From: Verrucomicrobiia bacterium
GTDB taxonomy: Bacteria > Verrucomicrobiota > Verrucomicrobiia > Limisphaerales > UBA1319
Direction: 5' to 3'
Length of the DNA: 64,000 nucleotides
Assembly: GCA_963664225.1 (NCBI GenBank)
Contig: OY760937.1
Span: forward strand, 2,432,001-2,496,000
The notes beneath the pieces were generated by a model that saw only the letters and a list, made by a program, of their open reading frames with translations, was not told the DNA's origin and ran no database searches. Made by a program: the position numbers and the translations under genes. This document shows, piece after piece, positions 47,953 to 57,800 of this stretch (positions within the stretch are counted from its first letter, which is position 1; each line of letters begins with the position of its first letter).

Positions 47953-48405
47953 TCAAACCTCATCGAGCGCCTTCAGGCAATACCAGCGCACTGCGGCCGA
48001 AATGGGCGGCGTCAAGGTGTCCAGATCCGCCGCGCTGCACCAGCGGATGTCGTAATGTTCGGCCGGCGCGAGTGTGAGTTTGCCGCCCTTGGGCCGCGCA
48101 AAATAAATCAGGCCGATGTGCTCGTGGATCTCGGAAATCCGGTGGATATCCATGAACCGGGGAGCAATGAGGGCGCGCGTGCCCGGACCCGTGGTGGGGG
48201 GACGTTCCCCCAAAAGCTCCACCTCCAGCCCGCTTTCCTCGAAGGCCTCCCGCAATGCCGCCGTCTCCGGTTCCTCGTCCAGCTCGATATGGCCGCCCAA
48301 GGGCAGCCAATGATTGAGCTTGCGATGGTGAACGAGCAGGACCCGGCCCGCCTCCACCACAAAGATGGCGGAGGTGAAATCGATCTTTTCGTGGATATGC
48401 GCCAT
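47953..48405 (-). CDS. NUDIX hydrolase
   Basis: Nudix box GGHIELDEEPETAALREAFEESGL; start overlaps the purM stop. Confidence 0.92.
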   Translation of the reverse strand: MAHIHEKIDFTSAIFVVEAGRVLLVHHRKLNHWLPLGGHIELDEEPETAALREAFEESGLEVELLGERPPTTGPGTRALIAPRFMDIHRISEIHEHIGLIYFARPKGGKLTLAPAEHYDIRWCSAADLDTLTPPISAAVRWYCLKALDEV

Positions 48406-49460
48406 TAAATTACGCGCGATTTGCCCGTGCCCCGGGCGACTTCGCCCACGATCCATGCGGTCTGCTTCTGCGCCTTGATGAACTTCAGCACCGGGTCCGC
48501 CTGCACCGCGGGAACGATAAACACCATGCCCACGCCCATATTGAATACCTGGTAAAGCTCAGCCTCGGGAACGCCGCCGCGCTCTTTGAGGAGCTGGAAT
48601 ATGGGGAGCATGTCCCAGGAACCCTTGTGGATGAGGACATCGCAGGTTTTGGGGAGAATGCGTGGGATGTTGTCCACGAATCCACCGCCGGTGATGTGCG
48701 CGATGCCCTTGATGATGCGCGCCCGGCGCGAACCGGCGTTGAACTTGCGCATGAGTTTCTGGACCAGCGGCCCATAGCTGACATGCACCTTGAGCAATTC
48801 CTCCCCGAGCGTGCCTTCCAATCCGGGCACGCGGCTGGACGGTTTGAGCTTCATGCGCTCAAAAAGGATTTTCCGGGCCAGCGAGTAACCATTGGTGTGC
48901 AGGCCGTTGGAAGCCACGCCAATGACCGCATCGCCGGGGCGGATGCTGGTGCCATCGATCATCCGGTCCTTCTCAACGACGCCCACGATGGTGCCGCTCA
49001 CGTCATATTCGCCCGCCTGGTAGAACCCGGGCATCTGGGCGGTTTCCCCGCCGATCAGCGCGCAATTATTTTCCGAACAGGCCTGGGCGAACCCGGCGAT
49101 GATGTCCTTGAAAACGTCGGGCTCGAGTTTGCCGGTGCCAATGTAATCGAGGAAAAAGAGGGGTTCGGCGCCCAGCACGGCAATGTCGTTGACGCAATGA
49201 TTGACCAGGTCCTGGCCAATGGTCTCATGACGCTTCATGGCGAAGGCGATCTTGAGCTTCGTGCCCACGCCATCGACGCTGGAAACCAGAACGGGCTTTT
49301 TGTATTTTTTGGTGTTCAGCGCAAAGAGCCCGCCGAAGCCGCCCACCTTGCCCAGCACTTCCGTGCGATGGGTGGAGGCCAGAAGCTTGGGCAAATCGGC
49401 TTTGACACGATTTCCCAGGTCAATATCGACACCCGCAAGGGCGTATGCTTTTTGTTTCAT
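48405..49460 (-). CDS. purM: Phosphoribosylformylglycinamidine cyclo-ligase (AIR synthetase)
   Basis: AGVDID, DGVGTKL, LIGGETAQMPG, GLHTNGYSL, HITGGG and FNMGVG. Confidence 0.97.
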   Translation of the reverse strand: MKQKAYALAGVDIDLGNRVKADLPKLLASTHRTEVLGKVGGFGGLFALNTKKYKKPVLVSSVDGVGTKLKIAFAMKRHETIGQDLVNHCVNDIAVLGAEPLFFLDYIGTGKLEPDVFKDIIAGFAQACSENNCALIGGETAQMPGFYQAGEYDVSGTIVGVVEKDRMIDGTSIRPGDAVIGVASNGLHTNGYSLARKILFERMKLKPSSRVPGLEGTLGEELLKVHVSYGPLVQKLMRKFNAGSRRARIIKGIAHITGGGFVDNIPRILPKTCDVLIHKGSWDMLPIFQLLKERGGVPEAELYQVFNMGVGMVFIVPAVQADPVLKFIKAQKQTAWIVGEVARGTGKSRVI

Positions 49461-49501
49461 GTTCTTCAATTTCCAAAGTCTGTTTACCGCTGGTCACCGC
49501 C

Positions 49502-50056
49502 TCAGGCCTTCTGGCCTTGCTCCACATTGATCCCGTTCTTCAGGCAATACTGCGCGTTGGCCGCGTATTTCAACGCAATGAACCGCAGATGCTCGCGTTC
49601 CTCAGGCGTCAGTTCTCGCACCACCCGTGCCGGCGATCCCATCACCAGCGAACCGTCCGGCACCTTCATTCCCTGGGTGACCAGGGCATGAGCCGCCACA
49701 ATGCAGTGACTGCCAATCACCGCGCCATCCAGCACAGCTGAGCCCATTCCAATGAGTGTATCATTGCCGATCGTGCATCCATGCACCACCGCGGCATGGC
49801 CGATCGTGACATAATCCCCCACCACACATGCGTGGGCATCCGCCAGATGCAGCACCGCGTTATCCTGGATATTCGTGTGATGGCCCACGGTTATGGCATT
49901 AATGTCCGCGCGCAGCACGGCATTATACCACACGCTCGAGTCATGGCCCAGCGTGACCGCCCCCACGAGAACCCCGCCCCGGGCCACATAAACATTGGAG
50001 CCCAATGACGGTTTTTGTCGCAGGAAGGTTTCGAGTTGTTTTTCCAGATCGTCCAC
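49502..50056 (-). CDS. Gamma carbonic anhydrase-family protein
   Basis: VLRAD, TNIQDNAVLH, IGHAAVVHG and hexapeptide repeats; GTG start inferred. Confidence 0.9.
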   Translation of the reverse strand: MDDLEKQLETFLRQKPSLGSNVYVARGGVLVGAVTLGHDSSVWYNAVLRADINAITVGHHTNIQDNAVLHLADAHACVVGDYVTIGHAAVVHGCTIGNDTLIGMGSAVLDGAVIGSHCIVAAHALVTQGMKVPDGSLVMGSPARVVRELTPEEREHLRFIALKYAANAQYCLKNGINVEQGQKA

Positions 50057-50228
50057 CGACCGATTACTAAAACCCAAAGACCGTCCGGGTTCAATCTGAA
50101 AACCCGACCCGGTTTTGGATTGCCGCGTGTTGAGGCCATGATAACCTGCAACTTCCATTAAAGAACACCACCGAACCCGGCCTGGCCGCATGGGTGAATT
50201 GGGTTTCGGGGTAAATCGTGGATCCATC

Positions 50229-51848
50229 ATGAAACACTCGTTTTATTTTGCGCAAAAGTCCTGGCTGACGTCGTTGCTGGCCATTTTATTAATCCCCTCC
50301 GGACTGGCCGGTGGGGCACCGGCGCAGGAAACGCAAACCGACAGCCGCAGGCCGCAATTGGTCCGGCGCAACGGATCGACCGCACTCATGGTCGATGGCC
50401 AGCCGTTCCACATGGTCTCGGGCGAACTGCACAACTCAAGTTCGTCGAGCCTGGAATACATGAAACCAATCTGGCCGAAACTGGGCGCGCTGAATCTGAA
50501 CTCAGTGATCGCCAGTCTTTCGTGGGAACTGGTGGAGCCGGTCGAGGGCCAATACGATTTTAAACTGCTGGACGGGCTGATCGCCTCCGCACGGGAGCAA
50601 AATATGCGCCTGGCGTTGATCTGGTTCGCCACCTGGAAAAACGGGGATGGCACCTACATTCCGGCATGGGTTAAGACTAATACGCAGCGATTTGCCCGCT
50701 GCCAGCATATTCCCGGACGGGACACTACCCAGTTAAGCGCCCTCTGTGAGGCCAACATGGCCGCAGATGCCAGGGCTTTTGCTGCTGTCATGAGCCACAT
50801 CCGCAAGGTGGACTCGAAGCGCCACACGGTGATCATGATGCAGGTGGAGAATGAATCGGGTGTGATGCCTGTGGCCCGCGACCACGGAGCACTCGCGGAG
50901 GCGGCGTTCGCAAAACCCGTTCCGGCGGAATTGATGCGCTACCTCATCGACCACAAGGATCGGCTCAACGCGGACACCCGGGAGATATGGGAGCGCAATC
51001 AGTTCAAGGAATCGGGCACGTGGAGCGAGGTGTTCGGCGCGGACGCCGATGAGGTGTTCATGTCCTGGAACATCGGCCGCTACATCGGCACGGTGGCGTC
51101 TGCGGGCAAGGCCGAGTACGCATTGCCCATGTATGCCAACGCGTGGCTGGTGCAGTTCAAGGGGCAGAAGGCGGGGGAATATCCCAGCGGCGGGCCGGTG
51201 GCGAAAATGCACGACATCTGGCGGGCGGCGGCTCCCGCGATTGACCTGCTCGCCCCGGACATCTACCTGGACGATTTCAAGGGCATCTGCCGGGAATACA
51301 CGCAGGGCGGCAATCCCCTGTTCATTCCCGAGGCGCGTCTGGATAAACTGGTCGGTCGCCGCGCTTATTATGCCTTTGGCGCGCATGATGCCCTTTGCTT
51401 TGCGCCGTTTGGCATCGACGAGCTGGCAGAGAACGATCCGCTGCGCGAGCATTACGCCGTATTGCAGAGCCTCCTGCCGTTGTTTGCCCGGCATCCGGAG
51501 AGCACCAACCGCATCGGCTTCCTCCAGTCACCCGGTGAGAAATCAACGAACATCGACATTGGCGATTTCCGCGCGGAAATCGAGTATTCCGACCAGGGCG
51601 AACCGGGCGCGGGACTGGTCCTGGCCATCGCTCCAGACACCTTCGTGATGATCGGGGTGGATTACAGCATCCGGTTTGGAGCGCGATCGAACAAGCCCGG
51701 GAACACCGCCTGGCTGTCGATTGACGAGGGCGTATTCGTCAATGGCCAATGGAAACCGGGACGGCGGCTTAACGGCGACGAAGCCAGTTGGCGCGTTCGG
51801 TTGGGCCACCAGCCGCAGGTGCTCATCGGGAGGGTGTATCGGTACTGA
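50229..51848 (+). CDS. GH35-type beta-galactosidase with DUF5597 domain
   Basis: Signal peptide; GELHNSS, WFATWKNG, MQVENE, YPSGGP, LFIPE and GRRLNGDE. Confidence 0.88.
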   Translation: MKHSFYFAQKSWLTSLLAILLIPSGLAGGAPAQETQTDSRRPQLVRRNGSTALMVDGQPFHMVSGELHNSSSSSLEYMKPIWPKLGALNLNSVIASLSWELVEPVEGQYDFKLLDGLIASAREQNMRLALIWFATWKNGDGTYIPAWVKTNTQRFARCQHIPGRDTTQLSALCEANMAADARAFAAVMSHIRKVDSKRHTVIMMQVENESGVMPVARDHGALAEAAFAKPVPAELMRYLIDHKDRLNADTREIWERNQFKESGTWSEVFGADADEVFMSWNIGRYIGTVASAGKAEYALPMYANAWLVQFKGQKAGEYPSGGPVAKMHDIWRAAAPAIDLLAPDIYLDDFKGICREYTQGGNPLFIPEARLDKLVGRRAYYAFGAHDALCFAPFGIDELAENDPLREHYAVLQSLLPLFARHPESTNRIGFLQSPGEKSTNIDIGDFRAEIEYSDQGEPGAGLVLAIAPDTFVMIGVDYSIRFGARSNKPGNTAWLSIDEGVFVNGQWKPGRRLNGDEASWRVRLGHQPQVLIGRVYRY

Positions 51849-51860
51849 CGACTTTACTTT

Positions 51861-51998
51861 ATGTTGCCATTAATAGTACCTTTCGAACAGGGCGAAAAGT
51901 CATTGTATAACAATCTCGGTAAACCTTCGTTTGCCTTAATATTTGTCACAATTCTGATTTCATTTGTAATCCTGTATTACCTTCTGAAACGAAAATGA
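51861..51998 (+). CDS. 45-aa membrane peptide or 3' gene remnant
   Basis: MLPLIVPFEQGEKSLYNNLGKPSFALIFVTILISFVILYYLLKRK; below the ORF-track cutoff. Confidence 0.35.
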   Translation: MLPLIVPFEQGEKSLYNNLGKPSFALIFVTILISFVILYYLLKRK

Positions 51999-52087
51999 TG
52001 ACTGTTGTCCGATAATGGGGTAGTATTATGTATCATTCACAAATTTCACATTTTGATCACGATGAACAAAACTGTGGGTGACCACTT

Positions 52088-52765
52088 ATGAGTGAATATC
52101 AACGTCACATTGAGTTTTACTCAACTCATTGGGAGCAAAATTACACAGATCTTGTCTCCACATCCGAATGGGGGGATGAAGAATCGGCCGAGAAGTATTT
52201 GCAGAAATACTGGCTGCCGATGGCTGAATATGATCTTGAATGGAAAAGGATACAGAATCAGATATTCATCACCCAAAAGTTGCCGACAGAATATATTTTT
52301 CATACCCCATATGAACTGTTGGCATTTCGCGGCGGCTGTTTATTTGGTGAAGAAGATTTCAAGAAATTGCAAGAGTGCTTCCATAGTGTTGGAGACAGGC
52401 ATTTTTTTGTCATAGAAAACATTTTCACATACAAGCCCGAACCGGAGAAATCGCCATTACCAATGCCGGAGGAACCGCCATTCAGAATGAAATATCCTGC
52501 CGATATTACTTGGGCTGAATTGATCAGCGGGAATTTTATATCAGCGATGATTGTTGATTCTTCCAACAAAAACTTTTTTGTTTTTGGTGAAACAGCATCT
52601 TGGGGAAGATATTGTGCGAACGGTTATTTGTGGCCAGTGAATATAGTTGGGTTTCTCCCGGAACACGGCTCTCGATTTCGAGAGAAGCTTAAAGTGCCAG
52701 AAAAGGAAAGACTGGAAATAGCTACTGAGTGGGTGCCGCCGGTGTATCGTCCTTTCTTAAAGTAA
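52088..52765 (+). CDS. Hypothetical protein in AT-rich island
   Basis: 225-aa ORF in visibly AT-rich DNA; no family recognised. Confidence 0.7.
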   Translation: MSEYQRHIEFYSTHWEQNYTDLVSTSEWGDEESAEKYLQKYWLPMAEYDLEWKRIQNQIFITQKLPTEYIFHTPYELLAFRGGCLFGEEDFKKLQECFHSVGDRHFFVIENIFTYKPEPEKSPLPMPEEPPFRMKYPADITWAELISGNFISAMIVDSSNKNFFVFGETASWGRYCANGYLWPVNIVGFLPEHGSRFREKLKVPEKERLEIATEWVPPVYRPFLK

Positions 52766-52784
52766 TAGTGATGCCCATATACGT

Positions 52785-53204
52785 ATGAATCCCATTCCTG
52801 ATGATGTTCAAAAGTTTCTGGAAGAGATAACAGGAGAAATAAATGCTGCATTTAATAATGGCGATGAGAAGGCCCACGATCAGCTTTGCCAGGAATTGAA
52901 ATCGTTTTATCAGGATCATAAACAAATGGGAACCCTGCATTATGCTGTAGTTGAAACACTGGCAGATTTCACCGAAAACAAGCAAGAGGCTGTGAGGTTG
53001 TATCAGGAGGCTCTTGAAATGTCCCAGCCAGACGATCCTCGCTATATGATACTGATTTCCATGGCGGAAGCCATGACACGCCTGGGCCATAAAGAGAAAG
53101 CTAAGATCACCGCGCTAAATGGATTGCGCGAGGCTCTTAATAACGAGGACTACTTCTACATTAGCGAGGCGGAAAGCTTGCTAAAAGAATTAAACGAGCA
53201 GTAA
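52785..53204 (+). CDS. Acidic helical/TPR-like hypothetical protein in AT-rich island
   Basis: ETLADFT...AVRLYQEALE TPR-like helix pair; 139 aa. Confidence 0.65.
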   Translation: MNPIPDDVQKFLEEITGEINAAFNNGDEKAHDQLCQELKSFYQDHKQMGTLHYAVVETLADFTENKQEAVRLYQEALEMSQPDDPRYMILISMAEAMTRLGHKEKAKITALNGLREALNNEDYFYISEAESLLKELNEQ

Positions 53205-53228
53205 AAAAGGGGCAAAACAGACAATTAA

Positions 53229-53348
53229 ACATGGATGATCAGGATAAACAGGATAAGAAAATTCAATTCAGCACTTTTTGAATTTCATTGTTCATGGGCG
53301 GCTCAGGCAGGACTCTTTTTTCATCCTGTCTATCCTGCAAATCCATGT
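53229..53348. repeat. 26-bp inverted repeat with internal 9-nt periodicity
   Basis: Left arm ACATGGATGATCAGGATAAACAGGAT (53229-53254) versus reverse complement of 53323-53348, ACATGGATTTGCAGGATAGACAGGAT: 22/26 identical, 68-nt spacer. Confidence 0.8.
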
Positions 53349-53373
53349 GAACTAAAAACCTGAATCAGGCGTT

Positions 53374-54600
53374 CTACACGGAGCGGACGGTTTCGAGCAT
53401 GGCGGCGATGTTCGCGGGGGGGACATCGGCCAGGATGTTGTGGACCTGTTGAAAGACAAATCCGCCGCCTGCGCGCCAGATATCAAGCTGGTGTTTCACA
53501 TGCTCGCGAACCTGCGCGGGATTGGATTGGGATAAGACCTCGCGTGTGTCGCATCCACCGCCCCAGAACGTGAGGTCGCGGCCGAAATCGCGCTTGAGCC
53601 CGGCGGCGTCCATGCCGCGACAGGAGATTTGCACGGGATTGATGGCGTCCAGACCGGCGTCGATCAAATCCGGCAGCAATTCCCGCACGCCGCCGCAGCA
53701 GTGGAGTAGCACCTTGACCGGGGCCAGTTCCTTGGCGCGCCGCCAGAGAAGCTGATGGCGCGGCTTGAAAAACTCGCGATACATGGCCGGGGAAATCTGA
53801 GGACCCCGCTGCATTCCCAGGTCATCGCCGAAAAGAATGATGTCGATGTTTGCGCCGACGGCTCCAAGAAACCGCTCCAGACCGGCCAGATGGCTCTCCA
53901 CCACCTTGTCCAGAAACTGGTGGGCGCGCTTGGGATCGCCCGCAAGCAGCATCAGAAATGTGTCGTTGCGGTAGAGCATCTGACCCGTTTCCAGGAGATT
54001 GCCACCGAACAAACCGATGATGGCGCGGTCGGTCGAAGCACGGAGTTTCCGGGCTCCATCGGCCAGCAACTTCACGCCGGCAGGCCCGGCCACCAGCGGC
54101 CCGGGGGGCGAGGCCATGGCCGCCCACATGTTTTGCTTTTGCGCATCGTCCAGAGGCTCAATGTCGTCACGCTCGTTGAAGGGATAGTAAACCTGTTCGA
54201 AATAAAGCGCGCCCTTCGGCATGCGCGCAATCACGCGCCCCGTCTCGGAACGAAACAGCCAGCCGCCGTTCTCGGGTTCCGGCTTCGCCCATACGGGCAT
54301 CTGGCAGGGTGTGCCGTCGGGCAGGGTCCAATCCACCCAGTCCTTATCCTCCAGAGCGAACCCGCGGCCCAACTCGATGGTGTCCACGCCGAACAAGGAT
54401 AACACGTCCTCATCCAAAATGGCCAGTTGTTGCACGGGATCGTAAACCCGTATCGTCTTTTTCGGCAGGCCCAGGTGCGCCCGCAGACGGGCATAGGCGA
54501 TGGGACTTATGCCAGAGGATCGGTGACCGCCAAAGTCTAGGGGGACCTGTTCAGTCTCGCGGTGATTCAATGCGGCAACGATGCGTTCGCGCGGTGTCAT
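53374..54600 (-). CDS. Uroporphyrinogen decarboxylase-family (URO-D/MtaA-like) protein
   Basis: MTPRERIVAALNH, GDDLG, HCCG, LTFWGGG and FVFQQVHNI. Confidence 0.88.
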   Translation of the reverse strand: MTPRERIVAALNHRETEQVPLDFGGHRSSGISPIAYARLRAHLGLPKKTIRVYDPVQQLAILDEDVLSLFGVDTIELGRGFALEDKDWVDWTLPDGTPCQMPVWAKPEPENGGWLFRSETGRVIARMPKGALYFEQVYYPFNERDDIEPLDDAQKQNMWAAMASPPGPLVAGPAGVKLLADGARKLRASTDRAIIGLFGGNLLETGQMLYRNDTFLMLLAGDPKRAHQFLDKVVESHLAGLERFLGAVGANIDIILFGDDLGMQRGPQISPAMYREFFKPRHQLLWRRAKELAPVKVLLHCCGGVRELLPDLIDAGLDAINPVQISCRGMDAAGLKRDFGRDLTFWGGGCDTREVLSQSNPAQVREHVKHQLDIWRAGGGFVFQQVHNILADVPPANIAAMLETVRSV

Positions 54601-54684
54601 GGAAGATACTTTTACGAACACGCCGGGGAAGGTCAATAGCGGGTGTGGGTTTCGGAGAGAACCGCGAAGGAACAAAAAATCTTG

Positions 54685-54816
54685 AACCGCTAATAAGAAA
54701 AGAGTGCGGGAATTAAGATTTCATCGGTCTATTAAAGTGAAGGTCAAATTCCATGGTGATTCTCCAGGAATAATCTGGATTTATTCATTAGTGTTTATTA
54801 GTGACTATTAGCGGTT
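54685..54816. repeat. 11-bp inverted repeat with a 10-nt triple tandem repeat in the right arm
   Basis: AACCGCTAATA (54685-54695) / TATTAGCGGTT (54806-54816); CATTAGTGTT-TATTAGTGAC-TATTAGCGGT at 54786-54815. Confidence 0.6.
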
Positions 54817-54854
54817 TACTTTTTTGATTTCTCGTTCGTTTGTGCATTAACGGT

Positions 54855-57800
54855 TCAACTCAATTCCACAAGGCGCGCGATGCCGGGCGTCAAAAAATAC
54901 AGCCAGGCGCGTGTGACCGGGAGCTTGTAGATGCGGGTCAGGGCCTCGGCATACAAACGAAGCTGCGGCAGATAGGATTCCGTTTTGGCGTCCACGCCGT
55001 CTGCGGAAACACGGTCGGTCTTGTAGTCGAGGAGCCAGATTTCGTCAGGCCGGATGATGGCCAGATCGATCACCCCCTGCACCACCACAAATTCGGTATC
55101 GAGCATTGGCTGGGCAGACACGCCATCGATCGGGAGCGGCAATCCAGCCTCGGCGAGTTCGGCGATGGTGAAACGCGCGGTGAACGGCAGTTCGCGACGG
55201 ACACACTCGGCGTTTTCACGAATCGTCGCGCCGATCTCGGATTTCCAAAAGCGCCACAGGGCCTCGAGATTCAGGGATTCGCGTTCGGGCTTGGAAAACA
55301 CTCCAGCCTCCTGGAGTTTGTCGGCCTGCGCGTTCAAAGCTTCAGGACTTGCGGTCTCCTTAAAATCCACCCACTGCAGAAAGGCATGATGCGCGGTGCC
55401 CTTCTCCGCGCCGGTCAATTCGGACTTGCTGGCGCCCGCACTGGGAGGCGGCAGAAACGCCGTGGACTCCACTCGATAATAGGATTGGGCTTCGTCCGCA
55501 CTGTCATCGAGGAGGCGTTTGCGCAGAGCGGAAACGGAGGCCTTGGCGGGTTCCTGCGTCGCGACCGCATGGGGATAGGGTTGGAAAATCCTGCTATCGA
55601 TCGCACGCCAGTCGTGCAGGGCATGTGGGTGCGCAGGCAATGGTGTCGCACCCGTGGGCGATGCTGCCGCAGGCAATGCTGATGCGAGGTCGGCATCGGA
55701 CCAGCTTCTCCACGACAGGAGCGCATTGGAACCGTTTTGATCGAGCGCAAACCCGCGACGGAACATCCAGGGCCCGATCCAGTCCAGGTAGCTACCTGCG
55801 GCGGCGATCTGGCGTTCCAGCGCGACGCCTTCGCACGGAACGATCCAGTCGTCATCCTCCAGCTTGGATTGCGGGACGGTGCCGACGAGCGTGAGGCGGT
55901 CGCAGGCGCGGGTCATGGCCACGTAGAGCAGGCGCATTTCCTCGCCCAGTGTATCGAGATTTTGTCTGCGGCCCGCCAGCCAATGCATGAGGCTCGCGTA
56001 ATGGCGTTTGCCGCCCGGGGGCTTGATCCGGGGGCACAGGCCGTATTCCTCGTCGAGAATGTTGCGTTCGGCGGTGTCGCGTTTATTGAAGCGCTGACCC
56101 AGGCCGGCCATGACCACCACGGGAAATTCCAGACCCTTCGAGCGGTGAACGCTGATCAGGCGCACGGCGTTTTCCATGGGCGCGCCGGCGGATTTGGCGT
56201 CCTGCTCCGCTTCTTGTTGCGCCTCGACATGGCTTAGAAAACGAAAGAGGCCCTGGCGCTGGAACTGGTCGAATTCGCGCGTGAGGTCAAGCAGGCGCTG
56301 GACATTGCCCAGGCGTTGAGCGCCGCGGGATTGTCCGGCGAGCCACGCCTCGTAATCGGTGTCGTCGAGAATGGTTTCCAGGCACCGCGACAAGGCCTCC
56401 TGACGTGCGAGTTTCCGCCAGCGCGTGCAGGCTCTCAGAAAACGATCCGCCTTGGTCCACGCGCTTTTCCGCCATTCGGACACCGCGCTACTGGGACTGG
56501 GGTCTGAACCTTCGCGATGGAATTTCTGCAACGCCGTCCAGATGAGCCCATTGCGCATGGCAATGCGGACCTCGGCCAGTTCGTTCAGGTTGAATCCCGC
56601 CAGCGGTGAGCGCAGGACCGCGAGCAGCGGCAGGTCCTGGAGCGGGTTATCGAGCAGTTCCAGCATGTGGAGCAGATCGGCGACCTCCGCGCTGCCGAAG
56701 AACCCCTCGCGCTGGCACTCCAGCGGAATGCCCAGCGACTCGAAGGTGCGCGCGTAGCTGTCCGTCTGGCTCCGAATCGAGCGCAGGAGCACCACGGCAT
56801 CCCGCCATTCAAAATCTTTGAAGCGTTTCTCGCCACGACTCCAGACCTGGAATTTTTCGTCGTGCAACCGGCGCAAATGCAAGGCCGTGAACCGGGCCTC
56901 TTTCTCCAGGTCCTTGAGACCAGCCAGGGGATCGTCCTCCGCGTCAGCCCCAGTATCCTCCTTGCTGGTCCAGCGCAGGCATAACTCGACGCGCGGCTGC
57001 GGGGCATCCGAGGCTGGCGGCGCGGCGAAATGGGGACGTTCAGCGCGATTGCCGAAACGCAACTCCGCGTCCGCATCGAAGGTCACCCCGCCAATCCGCG
57101 CGCGCATCAAGTCGCGAAAGACCGCGTTCACGCAGCCCAGGACCGATTCGTGGCTGCGAAAATTCTCGGAGAGTGGAATGACACGTTCCAACGTCGAATT
57201 TGTATTGGACTGCCACTGGCGGTAGTAATTCTGGAAAATATGCGGCGCGGCGCGGCGGAAGCGGTAGATGCTTTGTTTGACATCGCCGACGAGGAACAGG
57301 TTCCCCTCCGCGCCCTCCCGGCTCAACATGCGAATGATGGCGTCCTGGGCGGCATTGATGTCCTGATACTCGTCCACGAAGACCAGATCGAGCCGACGCC
57401 TCCATTCCAGCGCCGCTGCCGCCGGTTGGTCTGTGCGCGGCTCGCAAAGAACCCGCAGCGCGAATTGCTCGATGTCCGCAAAATCGAGCGCGGCCTGCTG
57501 GCGCTTGACGGTGGCGAAGCGTTCGCCAAAGAGCCGCGTCAATTCCAGCACCGTGCGCATGGACGCCCGCGCCGATTGCCAGTCCCGCGCCAGCGAGTCC
57601 TCCGTGCCCGCCGCATCGGGAATTCCGATGGCCGAGAATAGAAATCGCGCCTCCTCGAACAGGGCCTTCACGGTTTTCGGAGGGGCCTGTTTGCCTCTGA
57701 ATGAGGTGCTGGCAGCCAGTTCGCAAATCGCCTGCAAACGGGCGGCAATGTTCGCCCGCACCGGTTGATTGATGGCGCGCCGCAACAAGGTGCTGCAGGT

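Noticed and set aside
45697..49691. Plus-strand ORFs of 307 aa (45697-46620) and 354 aa (48627-49691)
   Set aside because: Antisense to hisA/rpsT and purM.
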